DNA of 64,000 nucleotides from Patescibacteria group bacterium (GTDB lineage: Bacteria; Patescibacteriota; Minisyncoccia; Phycocordibacterales; Phycocordibacteraceae), in NCBI GenBank assembly GCA_018970425.1, contig JAGWWK010000001.1, forward strand, positions 49,004-113,003, read 5' to 3'. The stretch's first letter is position 1. The number at the start of each line of letters is the position of its first letter. Of the stretch, positions 1 through 9,624 are shown one piece after another. The notes beneath the pieces were generated by a model. That model saw only the letters and a program-made list of their open reading frames with translations, had not been told where the DNA came from and did no database searches. The translations under genes and the position numbers were made by a program.

Positions 1-1
1 C

Positions 2-697
2 GAGTTCCTCGGCTTTATTCTCGCAGAGGATGGGCGCAAAATGAGCAAGCGTTGGGCTAACGTTATAAATCCGAACGATGTGATAGACACGTTCGGTGCG
101 GATGCGTTTAGAACCTATGAGATGTTTATGGGTCCGTTTGAAAATACGATCGCTTGGTCGACCAATGGGCTCGTTGGTACGCGCAGGTTCATCGAGCGTC
201 TGTACCGCGCTCAGGAATACGTCGTGTCCGAGCATGTGCCTCAGCTTGATGTCGCGCTGAACGCCACTATCAAGAAGGTGGGTGATGACATTGCCGATTT
301 TAAATTCAACACAGCGGTGTCGCAGATGATGATTTTGCAAAACGAAATCGATACGATTAAGAAAATTGGAAAGGATCAGTACGCAACATATTTGAAGCTA
401 GTAGCACCATTTGCACCGCATGTTACTGAGGAGCTCTGGCACGAGCTCGGACACACAAGTTCGATACATCTCGAGCCTTGGCCTGAGTACGATGAGGCAA
501 AGCTGGTCTCAAATACGGTGACTATTGCAGTCCAGGTGGCAGGTAAGACACGCGGAACGGTGGCTCTCAGCCGTGGAGCAGGGGAGGAGGAGGTGCTTTC
601 AGCAATCTTCAGCGACCCGAAGCTCATGGTTCACGCTCCAGAAAAACCTACAAAAGTAGTCTTTGTCAAAGACCGAATCATCAACCTCATCCCATAG
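2..697 (+). CDS. leuS: Leucyl-tRNA synthetase, C-terminal part (5' end outside window)
   Basis: Frame is open from position 2. KMSKR (KMSKS-type) motif followed by GADAFRTYEMFMGP and the LeuRS C-terminal anticodon-binding region. Confidence 0.9.
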   Translation, partial: EFLGFILAEDGRKMSKRWANVINPNDVIDTFGADAFRTYEMFMGPFENTIAWSTNGLVGTRRFIERLYRAQEYVVSEHVPQLDVALNATIKKVGDDIADFKFNTAVSQMMILQNEIDTIKKIGKDQYATYLKLVAPFAPHVTEELWHELGHTSSIHLEPWPEYDEAKLVSNTVTIAVQVAGKTRGTVALSRGAGEEEVLSAIFSDPKLMVHAPEKPTKVVFVKDRIINLIP

Positions 698-728
698 TTG
701 CTCGGGGCTGTGGATAACTTTCAGGGTT

Positions 729-757
729 TTGACGGGGGAGTTGATTTGTGCTATAAA
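729..757 (+). promoter_or_regulatory. Sigma70-like promoter TTGACG-N17-TATAAA upstream of the 796 gene
   Basis: Hexamers with 17-nt spacing, read directly from the sequence. Confidence 0.35.
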
Positions 758-795
758 TATATGGTATAGTTTCATCGTTACTACACTAACTACTC

Positions 796-1836
796 ATGGC
801 CAAGCTTACATTCAAGCCAAAAGACGTCTCAAAGCGGCTCGTCGACATTCTCCCGGAGCGCTCTAAAGACGTCATCACTTCCCGCTATGGCCTATTGGGT
901 AAAAAGCAGTCTGAAACTCTCGACGCTATTGGCAAACGCTATGGTATTACACGCGAGCGCGTGCGACAGATCGAGAATCACGCCCTCAAACAGATTCAAG
1001 ACTCCCCTGTCCTAGTCAAAGAAACTGACTCTCTGACTCAACTTGAGGCAGCGATTCGCGAACTGGGTGCCGTGCTACCAGAACACACTATCCTCTCTGA
1101 GTTCGCAACAGACCCTGAAACCCAAAATCACCTCTATTTCCTTCTGGTTGTCGGCAAGCCGTTCGCTCATCGCAAGGAGGACGATCACTTCAAGCGACGC
1201 TGGTACGTCGACGAGTCAGTAGCAAAAGCCGTCGAGGATGCGCTGAAGACCGTCCATGGCAAGGTTAAGTCAACTGATGTCGTGACCGAGGATATGCTGG
1301 TCGACCATGTGCTCTCGTGCATGGAGCGCGTAAATATGAAGTATAAAAATGCGGAGACAGCGAAGCGCTGGCTGGAGCTCTCCTCATGCCTTATGCGTAA
1401 TCCTCTCGGCGAGTGGGGTCGCACTACTGCGCCTGGCATCAAGCTCAAGAATATCCGTGACCATGCGTACGTAGTCTTGAAGCGCCACGGCTCCCCTATG
1501 CACTTCCGTGAAGTCGCGAAGGCAATTGAAAAGACCTTTGGGAAAAAGGCTCATCAAGCTACGACGCACAACGAACTCATTAAGGATGCGGAGCGCTTTG
1601 TTCTTGTCGGGCGCGGGCTGTACGCCTTGAAGGAGTGGGGGTATCGCTCAGGACACGTCATCGACATCATCAAGGCAAATCTCGCGGAACATGGTCCAAT
1701 GACACAAGAGGCAATCATCAAGGCGGTAGGCAAGGAGCGACATGTAAAGCGTAACACCATACTTGTAAACCTTTTGAATAGTAAAGAGATACTCAAGCAG
1801 AAAGACGGAACGTACGCGCTCGCTACAAAACGCTAA
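796..1836 (+). CDS. DNA-binding protein with N-terminal sigma-70 region 4 HTH and C-terminal HARE-HTH winged helix
   Basis: N-terminal LGKKQSETLDAIGKRYGITRERVRQIENHALKQI is typical sigma region 4.2. C-terminal PMHFREVAKAIEKTFG...FVLVGRGLYALKEWGY matches the HARE-HTH of RpoE-delta. Confidence 0.7.
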   Translation: MAKLTFKPKDVSKRLVDILPERSKDVITSRYGLLGKKQSETLDAIGKRYGITRERVRQIENHALKQIQDSPVLVKETDSLTQLEAAIRELGAVLPEHTILSEFATDPETQNHLYFLLVVGKPFAHRKEDDHFKRRWYVDESVAKAVEDALKTVHGKVKSTDVVTEDMLVDHVLSCMERVNMKYKNAETAKRWLELSSCLMRNPLGEWGRTTAPGIKLKNIRDHAYVVLKRHGSPMHFREVAKAIEKTFGKKAHQATTHNELIKDAERFVLVGRGLYALKEWGYRSGHVIDIIKANLAEHGPMTQEAIIKAVGKERHVKRNTILVNLLNSKEILKQKDGTYALATKR

Positions 1837-1870
1837 GCCGACTCCCCTTGCGCTTTGGTATCATGCGCAT

Positions 1871-3109
1871 ATGCGATACCGAGCACTACTCCGCGCTCTG
1901 GCGTTGGGAATACCTACCGTCACACTTCTTCTCATTTACTTCGCGCCATACGTAGCGGCATTTCTCTACACGGTACTCGCCGCTCTCGCTCCGCTCTGGC
2001 TCCCAGTGCTCCTTTTGGTAGTGCTCTGGCCGCTGTGGTTGCGCACAGTGCGATCCCTCTACGTTTCGCGTATACGATATGTGACGCTCGAGCTTAAGCC
2101 CGGTGCGCAGACACCGCGATCTGCGCATCCGATGGAGCTCATTCTGTACTCGCTCTACTTCCGGACAGATGTGTCGCGGGCGAGCGCACTTTGGCGCGGC
2201 GTTGTCCGCGTGCCATGGTCGTTTGATGTGGTCGCAACGAACGGCTCAGTTCGTTTTTTTGTACATGTGCCGGAGAAGCATCGACCCGCTGTTGAGGGCC
2301 GTATCCGCGCAGAGTATCGCGACATAGATATTGACGAAGTGACTGACTATGCACGCGAAATACCATTTAGTCCGTTTGAATGGCGACTCGTGATGCGTGA
2401 GTACGCTCTTGAAAAAAGCGACGCGTATCCGATCCGCACATATGTTGCCGATGAGCATGGAAAAACTCGTAGAGACACATTCCTTGAGCTCGTTGAAGAG
2501 CTGTCGGGCCTCGGTCCTGAGGAACACATATGGATCTCGTACCTTATTCGGCCGCACCAAAGAGACTGGTCCCCGGGCTTTTGGGGCTTTCTTGAGGTTC
2601 CGCGGGATACGCTTCACGAGGATGCATCTCGGGCGATCGCTGCGATCATCGGTCCCTCCGGCGATATGCGCAAGCTTCCGCATTCACAGCAAGAGCTCAT
2701 TGAGCGCATTGAACATGCACTTTCTAAGCCATCGTTTGATACCGGCATTCGTGCAATGTACATCGCACGACGCAATGCGTTCGATGACCGGCGAGCAAGT
2801 ACACTTGATACCCTCTTTGATACGTTTGACGATCCGGTATTGAACGGTATTGCACCCTACGATCCGCGCGAGCGGGTCCCGTGGCCACTTTCTGATGTAT
2901 TTCGCGCTGTACCGATCCTAGATATGGAGTACTTTTTGTCACTGTATCGTCGTCGTGCGTTTTTCGCCCCGCCGTATTATGGTGCGCCGAGCATCTTTAA
3001 TACTGAAGAATTAGCGACTCTCTTCCATCTGCCGCGTGCTGGGAAAACAAGTTCTCTGTCACGAGCGGGCGGCTCTCTCCTTACGCCTCCTGACAATCTG
3101 CCGCTCTAG
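1871..3109 (+). CDS. Hypothetical membrane protein, 2-3 N-terminal TM helices plus a large soluble domain
   Basis: Long ORF with a hydrophobic N-terminus. Stop lies 1 nt before the mltG ATG. No recognised motif. Confidence 0.55.
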   Translation: MRYRALLRALALGIPTVTLLLIYFAPYVAAFLYTVLAALAPLWLPVLLLVVLWPLWLRTVRSLYVSRIRYVTLELKPGAQTPRSAHPMELILYSLYFRTDVSRASALWRGVVRVPWSFDVVATNGSVRFFVHVPEKHRPAVEGRIRAEYRDIDIDEVTDYAREIPFSPFEWRLVMREYALEKSDAYPIRTYVADEHGKTRRDTFLELVEELSGLGPEEHIWISYLIRPHQRDWSPGFWGFLEVPRDTLHEDASRAIAAIIGPSGDMRKLPHSQQELIERIEHALSKPSFDTGIRAMYIARRNAFDDRRASTLDTLFDTFDDPVLNGIAPYDPRERVPWPLSDVFRAVPILDMEYFLSLYRRRAFFAPPYYGAPSIFNTEELATLFHLPRAGKTSSLSRAGGSLLTPPDNLPL

Positions 3110-3110
3110 T

Positions 3111-4001
3111 ATGCGCGCGATTATTGGAACAGTAGTAATAGGAGTTGTCGCCTTCGGGTATCTTTTTGTGGTGAGCGCCCCGCTGCCGTATCCGGTCGGG
3201 GAGGTTCTCAAGGTCGAGCGCGGCCAGACTATTGCGTCAATTGAGCGCGAACTTATGGATCTGAGAGCGATTCGGACTCCCTATGTGTTTTCAGTATGTG
3301 CGCGATTTTTTGGCCCATCACGTGCGGGGTGGTACGCGCTTCATGCGCCAGAGGATGCGTGCATGCTCGCGTATCGCCTAGCGCGGGGAGATACACGACT
3401 CGCAGCACTCAGGATCACGATTCCTGAAGGCTACACTGCCCGTGAGATATCAGAACTCGTGGGTGGTCCCATCGATTCAAATCTTGAAGGATACCTGTTT
3501 CCAGATACGTATGTCATCATTCCCGGAACGCCAGTCGGGGAAATAGTCTCGCACCTGCGCGCGCGCTATGAAGAAGCAGTTGCTCCGCTCCGTCCTGAAA
3601 TACTCGCGAGCGGGCGTACGGAACAGGAAATTCTGACTATGGCATCGATTTTGGAAAAAGAAGCCCGGCTGCCGGAGACGCGACGCATTGTTGCAGGTAT
3701 CCTTTGGAAACGTCTTGATATGGGTATGCCACTTCAAGTTGATGCAGTCTTCGGATACATCCGCGGCATTGATACTTACAGCCCGTCCTTTGCAGACCTT
3801 GAAATTGACTCGCCATACAATACCTACAAAAATGCCGGACTACCACCTGGTCCTATTAATAATCCCGGTATCGATACTATCCGTGCTGCACTGGAGCCTG
3901 AGCCGTCACCATACCTCTACTACTTGACCGGTGCGGACGGGACCATGCACTATGCGCGAACGTTTACAGAACATGTCGCAAACCGTAAGTACTTACGCTA
4001 G
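3111..4001 (+). CDS. mltG: Endolytic murein transglycosylase MltG (YceG family)
   Basis: N-terminal TM, then C-terminal PYNTYKNAGLPPGPINNPG...YLYYL signature. Start chosen at the ATG at 3111 rather than the ORF-track start at 3036. Confidence 0.85.
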   Translation: MRAIIGTVVIGVVAFGYLFVVSAPLPYPVGEVLKVERGQTIASIERELMDLRAIRTPYVFSVCARFFGPSRAGWYALHAPEDACMLAYRLARGDTRLAALRITIPEGYTAREISELVGGPIDSNLEGYLFPDTYVIIPGTPVGEIVSHLRARYEEAVAPLRPEILASGRTEQEILTMASILEKEARLPETRRIVAGILWKRLDMGMPLQVDAVFGYIRGIDTYSPSFADLEIDSPYNTYKNAGLPPGPINNPGIDTIRAALEPEPSPYLYYLTGADGTMHYARTFTEHVANRKYLR

Positions 4002-4038
4002 TCGTTGTATTTTTTCCCGTGGAGCGTAGGATGCAGGC

Positions 4039-5040
4039 ATGGCACGGGTATTTGTAGGCCTATCCGGTGGCGTTGATAGCGCCGTCGCCGCACACCTTCT
4101 TATCGAGGAAGGACATGACGTTACTGGTGTGTTTATACGCGGGTGGGAGCCGGATTTTCTGGCGTGCAGTGGGGCTGCGGATCGCTTGAGCGCCATGCAG
4201 GTAGCCGCGCACCTAGGTATACCATTTCGAACCTATGACCTATCAGAGGAGTACAAAGCGTCAGTAGTCGATGCGTTTGTCGCTGAGTATCGCGCAGGAA
4301 GGACGCCGAATCCAGATGTCTTGTGTAATCGGTTCATAAAATTCGGCAGTGCATGGGAGCGTGCGCGCGCGGACGGAGCAGAGTATTTCGCGACAGGTCA
4401 TTACGCTGACACGAACGGTGCTGTGTTGCGCGCAGCGCGCGATGCAACAAAAAATCAAACGTACTTTCTTTGGACACTCACTCGAGCGGACCTTGAGCAC
4501 ACGCGTTTTCCGCTCGGGAAGATGTTGAAGACCGAAGTACGCGCGCTCGCTCGACGCGTGCGCCTGCCGAACGCCGCGCGTAAAGACTCGCAAGGTCTTT
4601 GTTTTCTCGGAGATGTCGACATGCACCGGTTTCTCAAGCGGTACTTGCCGAGTGAGCCGGGACCGATACTCTACAACGGAGCGACTATTGGCACACATGA
4701 CGGCTCTTGGTTTTACACTCTCGGCCAGCACGTTGCTGCCTCATCAAAAGAGCGCCTGTATGTGGTAGATAAGCGCGGCAATGAGCTGATCGTGAGCGAG
4801 ACGCCCGCTCCGCTCACGCAAGCGACCACGTGCACGCTTCTCAGCGAGAGCTATGTTTCAGGACAGCCTCCGCAGGGCATTGTTCGCGCCGAGTACCGGT
4901 ATCATGGGCCGCAGGTGCGGGCGACTGTAGATCAGTCGATCGTGACATTTGAAAAACCGGTTCTAGTAGCAAAAGGGCAGTCAGTCGTCTTTTACGATCA
5001 GCAGGGAGTGGTCTGCTACGGAGGCGGTATTGTTGCTTGA
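4039..5040 (+). CDS. mnmA: tRNA-specific 2-thiouridylase MnmA
   Basis: PP-loop SGGVDSAV, GHYA motif, KNQTYFLW. Confidence 0.9.
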   Translation: MARVFVGLSGGVDSAVAAHLLIEEGHDVTGVFIRGWEPDFLACSGAADRLSAMQVAAHLGIPFRTYDLSEEYKASVVDAFVAEYRAGRTPNPDVLCNRFIKFGSAWERARADGAEYFATGHYADTNGAVLRAARDATKNQTYFLWTLTRADLEHTRFPLGKMLKTEVRALARRVRLPNAARKDSQGLCFLGDVDMHRFLKRYLPSEPGPILYNGATIGTHDGSWFYTLGQHVAASSKERLYVVDKRGNELIVSETPAPLTQATTCTLLSESYVSGQPPQGIVRAEYRYHGPQVRATVDQSIVTFEKPVLVAKGQSVVFYDQQGVVCYGGGIVA

Positions 5041-5220
5041 CGCTCCGGCTCAGGGTGCTACTATCGACTCTTAACCTTAACAAGTGGTCACATGCTGCTG
5101 AGTAATCAGACCGAAGCGCCGAGCGCCTTCACGGAAAGTCCTTTCTGTTTTTTAACGCTTGCAGTCATAGCGGGTGCGCTCTTGTTTCTAAACCGCAACG
5201 GCGAATCGCCTCGCTAGTGA

Positions 5221-5226
5221 TATGAT
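5221..5226 (+). promoter_or_regulatory. -10 box TATGAT 6 nt upstream of the ATG at 5233 (leaderless architecture)
   Basis: TATGAT-ggcagt-ATG. Confidence 0.4.
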
Positions 5227-5232
5227 GGCAGT

Positions 5233-6054
5233 ATGCCAGAGATAGTTAAAGGCGACGGTTCTCGCGAGCTTTTTAACATCAACAAGCTCGCTGACTCGCT
5301 CATTCGATCAGGTGCTCCGCGCGACCTCGCCATCCGCGTTGCCGAGAACATCGGCTCGACGGTCATTGACGGGATGACGACGCAGGAGATTTACCGCGAC
5401 GCGTACCGCCTGCTCCACAAGGAAGAACGCACGGTAGCGGCCCGCTACTCGATGCGTCGAGCAATACTCGATCTCGGACCGTCCGGTTTCCCGTTTGAGG
5501 ATTACGTATCTGAGCTTATGCGCGCGCGAGGGTATGCCGTGCAAACGCGCGTTATGGTCCCGGGTAAGTGCGCTGATCACGAAGTGGATATCGTCATGCG
5601 CAAGGACAATCGTGTCATCGGTGCGGAGCTTAAGTTTCATAACGAGCCAGGGTACAAAACCGACATCAAGGTAGCGCTGTACGTGCGTGCGCGTTTTTCA
5701 GATATTGAAGCGCGAGGTGAGTCGAGCGGTGAGTCGCACATCCACGAGGGGTGGCTCATAACAAACACCAAGTTTACTGACAATGCTATTGCCTACGCCA
5801 AGTGCGCCGGCATCCATCTCCTTGGCTGGGACTACCCAGAGCGAGGAAATCTTGACGACATTGTGAAAGAAACAAGACTTTACCCCGTCACGGTACTGAC
5901 GTCGCTGACAAGCGCTGAAAAGACTCGCCTCCTCGCCGCGAACATGCCGCTGTGCCACACCGTGGTCGATCCAGAGGCGCTCCGCCGCGCCGGAATACCT
6001 GAGAAAAAGATTGCCGGAGTCATTGCGGAGAGTACGCGCATTTGCAGCATCTAA
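5233..6054 (+). CDS. ATP-cone domain fused to a Mrr-like (PD-(D/E)xK) restriction endonuclease domain
   Basis: N-terminal IVKGDGSRELFNINKL...AARYSMRRA matches the ATP-cone. Middle region has D-x-VDIV...AELKFHN (D/ExK) and a Mrr_cat-like TKFTDNAIAYAK tail. Confidence 0.7.
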   Translation: MPEIVKGDGSRELFNINKLADSLIRSGAPRDLAIRVAENIGSTVIDGMTTQEIYRDAYRLLHKEERTVAARYSMRRAILDLGPSGFPFEDYVSELMRARGYAVQTRVMVPGKCADHEVDIVMRKDNRVIGAELKFHNEPGYKTDIKVALYVRARFSDIEARGESSGESHIHEGWLITNTKFTDNAIAYAKCAGIHLLGWDYPERGNLDDIVKETRLYPVTVLTSLTSAEKTRLLAANMPLCHTVVDPEALRRAGIPEKKIAGVIAESTRICSI

Positions 6055-6057
6055 CGT

Positions 6058-6894
6058 ATGGCGTGGGCAAGCAAAACATTTGATCCGGGTGCGTCGGAGC
6101 CGTTCAAGTTAAGCCGGTCAAAACTGGACCTTTTTACCGACTGCCCACGCTGCGCGTACCTTGATTTGCGTCTCGGTGTGAAGCGCGTCTCCGGACCATC
6201 TTTCACGCTCAATAACGCGGTTGACGAGCTTCTAAAGCGTGAATTCGACGCGCATCGCGTGCGAGGGACCGTGCATCCGCTTGCTGCAGCTTATGGCGTC
6301 AATGCGCGCCCGTTCGATGATCCGCGTATGGAAGAGTGGCGCGATGCCCTGAGGCGAGGGATCGCTACGCATCATAAGCCATCCAACCTTATTCTGCGCG
6401 GCGGTGTGGATGATGTGTGGCAAACGGACGCAGGGGAGCTCATCATCGTAGACTATAAGGCCACATCTAAAAAAGAAGCGCCAAAAACTGCGGGCGATCT
6501 GTACGACTCATATAAAAAGCAGATTGAGATTTATCAGTGGCTATTTCGGCAAAACGGATTTTCCGTATCTCCGACTGCCTACTTTGTGTATGTTAACGGA
6601 CGATCCGATGCTGTGGCGTTCGACGCCAAGCTCGAATTTGATGTGAACTTGATCGCCTATACAGGTAACGACTCATGGGTCGATGATGCGCTCATGCGGC
6701 TGAAGGAAATGCTCATGAGTGAAGAGATTCCGAAAATGGGCACAGCATTCGGTGGGGGTCCATGCGACTTTTGTACCTATCGCGAGGCAGCTGGCAAAGC
6801 ACTTCTTGCGCAGCATGGCACGGTACGTGAGAGTAAGAAGAAAGAGGAAGAAAAACCGCGAAAGCCGGCTCTCGGGACCGGATCATTGTTCTAG
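6058..6894 (+). CDS. Cas4-like / RecB-family PD-(D/E)xK nuclease with four Cys (probable Fe-S cluster)
   Basis: N-terminal LFTDCPRCAYL, then IVDYK, QIEIYQWL (QxxxY), and C-terminal CDFC. Starts 3 nt after the upstream gene. Confidence 0.7.
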   Translation: MAWASKTFDPGASEPFKLSRSKLDLFTDCPRCAYLDLRLGVKRVSGPSFTLNNAVDELLKREFDAHRVRGTVHPLAAAYGVNARPFDDPRMEEWRDALRRGIATHHKPSNLILRGGVDDVWQTDAGELIIVDYKATSKKEAPKTAGDLYDSYKKQIEIYQWLFRQNGFSVSPTAYFVYVNGRSDAVAFDAKLEFDVNLIAYTGNDSWVDDALMRLKEMLMSEEIPKMGTAFGGGPCDFCTYREAAGKALLAQHGTVRESKKKEEEKPRKPALGTGSLF

Positions 6895-6926
6895 AGACGT
6901 AGAAACTGCAAGGAGCATGAGTCCTT

Positions 6927-7655
6927 CTACCGCCAGTCGATGGCGCCACGGCCGTGCGCTACTAAGTATTCATTAGCTCGCGCAAAGTGATTGTTACCGA
7001 AAAAGCCTCGATGCGCGGAGAGTGGTGACGGGTGCGCTGATTCAAGTATGAGGTGTTTAGTGCTATCGATGAGGTGAGCTTTTTTACGCGCGTACGACCC
7101 CCAGAGCAAAAAAACGACATGCTCCGCTGCGTCGGAAACTCCTTTGATCACGGCATCCGTAAACTGATGCCAGCCGTATTCTGCATGCGAGTTTGCTAAA
7201 CCGCTTTCGACCGAGAGTGATGCATTGAGAAGTAATACACCCTGTTCTGCGAAGCGAGTAAGATCCGGGTCATTGGCGGTAGCGAAGCCTTCTCGACGGA
7301 GCTCCTTAAAAATATTTGCGAGGGAGGGCGGGACGCGCGCGCCTGCGCGCGCCGAAAATGCGAGTCCGTCGGCGACGCCCGGGGTGTGGTACGGATCCTG
7401 ACCAAGGATCACTACGCGCACATCGGCAGGTGCAATCATGAACGCTCGCGCGAGATCTGCCCTATTGGGTAGTGCGGTACCGGCGCGGTACGCGCGCTCA
7501 ACTTTCTCTTGAAGTGCCAAGAAGTATGGCTTTTCAAATTCCGAGCTGAGGAGGCTCGTCCACTCCGGCCCAAGCGTCAGTGGTGCGGTACTCGGCCGAG
7601 AGGTGTCTGAGCTACCAGATGTGCGCACGTTTTTCCGGGGGGCGATAGAGAGCAT
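6927..7655 (-). CDS. ung: Uracil-DNA glycosylase (family 1)
   Basis: VVILGQDPYHTPGVADGLAFS and HPSPLSA motifs. Start is uncertain: the ORF overlaps the pepO 3' end by about 44 nt. Confidence 0.85.
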   Translation of the reverse strand: MLSIAPRKNVRTSGSSDTSRPSTAPLTLGPEWTSLLSSEFEKPYFLALQEKVERAYRAGTALPNRADLARAFMIAPADVRVVILGQDPYHTPGVADGLAFSARAGARVPPSLANIFKELRREGFATANDPDLTRFAEQGVLLLNASLSVESGLANSHAEYGWHQFTDAVIKGVSDAAEHVVFLLWGSYARKKAHLIDSTKHLILESAHPSPLSAHRGFFGNNHFARANEYLVAHGRGAIDWR

Positions 7656-9591
7656 CGCCTTCAGTCACGTTGTACGTGTCGTAAAAGCCCGGCACATGCG
7701 CGAGCGGTCCATTGATCCTAAACTCCGCGGGCGAGTGTGGGTCCGTGAGGATAGCCGTTTTCGCGAACTCAAGCCGTGACACTTCTTTTTCCTGCTGAGC
7801 GAAGCCAAGAAAGAAACGCTCTTCCGGCGTGAAGCCGCCTACGGTCGTGCGCCCGTGCTTGTCGAGCCACCGTTGGTATGCATCAAACGCGATGACTGCG
7901 CCGCCGAGGTCCGCAATATTTTCTCCAAGCGTCAGTTGGCCGTTCACCGGTACGCCATCGATCGAGAAACCACCGTACTGCTCGACAAGGAGGGCAGCCT
8001 TCGCTTCAAATCTGGCACGGTCCTCAGGAGTCCACCAGCTCTTCATGTTTCCTCGCTCATCAAATTTTGAGCCTTGGTCATCAAACGCGTGGGTAAGCTC
8101 GTGCCCGATCACTGAGCCGATGGCTCCAAAGTTCACACCCATATCGCCCTCGGGATCAAAAAACGGTGGCTGGAGAATTGCTGCAGGAAATACAATTTCA
8201 TTCAGGGAAAAGCTGCAGTATGCATTGACAGTCTGCGGCGTCATAAACCACTCGGTCCGGTCAACTTTTTTACCGAGCTTTTTAAGCTCGCGGCGATGCT
8301 CATATTCTGAGGAGCGTACGATATTGCCAAAGTAATCGTTAGGCGAGAGCTCAAGTCCTCGGTACGTGCGTCCTCGTTCTGGACTACCGATTTTTCGCTG
8401 CACTGCGCGCAGTTTGCGTACAGCGAATTTTTTTGTCTTTGGACTCATCCAGTCAAGCGTTCGCATCCGGCGCTCGTAAGCCTGAAACAAATCGTCTACG
8501 AGCTCATGCATGCGCGAGGCGGCGCGCTTTGTAAAGTGCGTGCGTACGTAGAGGCGCCCGAGCGCAAATCCTACGGTTCCGTTCACCGACGCGAGTGAGC
8601 GACGCCACAGCGGCTTCATTGACTTGAGTCCGTACAGAGTTTTGCCATAGAAGGCAAAGCTAGCACGAGCAATTCGTGGCGTAAGATATGGCGCCGCTTC
8701 GAGGAACAGGTGGAAGCGAACATAGGTCTTTATGTCATCTACCGGTACATCCGTAATGAGGCGAGCCGCTGCTTCAATAAAGTCGGGTTGCGCGACAATC
8801 GCGTAGTCGAGTGTTGTGACGCCGGCGTTACGCAGGTACGACTCGATAGGGAATGGTTTGCAGAGCGCAATAAGCTTTTTCAGCGTGAGCTTGTGATATG
8901 TTTTGTCAGCATCGCGCGCATCTTCTTTGCGCATACTTGCGCTTGCAAGAGCCGTTTCCACTTTAAGAACCGTGTCTCTCGCGCGCTCTGCGTCAGCCCG
9001 GGAGAGCCCCAGAAGCTGATGCATTGTTACAACGAAGTTTCGATACGCAGACCGAACGCGTTCAAACTCAGCACCTGACTCCAAGTAGTACTCACGATCT
9101 GGCATACCGAGACCTGACTGAAAGAAGTGGAGCGCATACCGTTCACTATTCCGCGCGTCCTGATCTATCGCAAACGCCCATGGTACGCCGATCCCAAAGC
9201 GTTCTAAGTCACCAAGCGTTCGAGCGAGTGAAGCGACATCGTGTATTGCGTCAATCTTCGCGAGATACGGGGCAAGTGGTCTAATGCCGAGCGCACGCCG
9301 TTTTGACTCATCCATACCGGAGCGATACATCGCCGCGACGAGCGCCTCGTCAGACCCCTTTTTAGGCCTAGAGCGAGCACATGCTTCAACTATCGCCCGA
9401 AGCTCATCATCAGTCCGGCGACGCAGAATGTTAAAGGACCCCCAGCGAGCCTCAGTGTGGGGGATTTTCGCGCTATCGACCCATGACCCTACAGCGTACC
9501 GATAAAAGTCGTCCTGCGGCCGTACTCCCCGGTTCATAGCTTTGAGGTCAAACCCCCACGATCGGTGCTTCATAGGGGCAGTGTAGCGCAT
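7612..9591 (-). CDS. pepO: M13 family zinc endopeptidase (PepO/neprilysin-like)
   Basis: VIGHELTHAFD (HExxH) and ENIADLGG motifs. Confidence 0.9.
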   Translation of the reverse strand: MRYTAPMKHRSWGFDLKAMNRGVRPQDDFYRYAVGSWVDSAKIPHTEARWGSFNILRRRTDDELRAIVEACARSRPKKGSDEALVAAMYRSGMDESKRRALGIRPLAPYLAKIDAIHDVASLARTLGDLERFGIGVPWAFAIDQDARNSERYALHFFQSGLGMPDREYYLESGAEFERVRSAYRNFVVTMHQLLGLSRADAERARDTVLKVETALASASMRKEDARDADKTYHKLTLKKLIALCKPFPIESYLRNAGVTTLDYAIVAQPDFIEAAARLITDVPVDDIKTYVRFHLFLEAAPYLTPRIARASFAFYGKTLYGLKSMKPLWRRSLASVNGTVGFALGRLYVRTHFTKRAASRMHELVDDLFQAYERRMRTLDWMSPKTKKFAVRKLRAVQRKIGSPERGRTYRGLELSPNDYFGNIVRSSEYEHRRELKKLGKKVDRTEWFMTPQTVNAYCSFSLNEIVFPAAILQPPFFDPEGDMGVNFGAIGSVIGHELTHAFDDQGSKFDERGNMKSWWTPEDRARFEAKAALLVEQYGGFSIDGVPVNGQLTLGENIADLGGAVIAFDAYQRWLDKHGRTTVGGFTPEERFFLGFAQQEKEVSRLEFAKTAILTDPHSPAEFRINGPLAHVPGFYDTYNVTEGDALYRPPEKRAHIW

Positions 9592-9624
9592 TCACATTCA
9601 AGAGAAAAATGGTACAGTATTTCT

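Noticed and set aside
3036-3110. Upstream extension of the mltG ORF (ORF-track start 3036)
   Set aside because: The extension overlaps the preceding gene. An ATG at 3111 begins the canonical MltG N-terminal TM helix 1 nt after the upstream stop.
5041-5232. Near-palindrome GAAGCGCCGAGCGCCTTC followed by TTTTTT after mnmA as a terminator
   Set aside because: Stem pairing is imperfect when written out. Possibly a weak terminator, but not reported as a feature.
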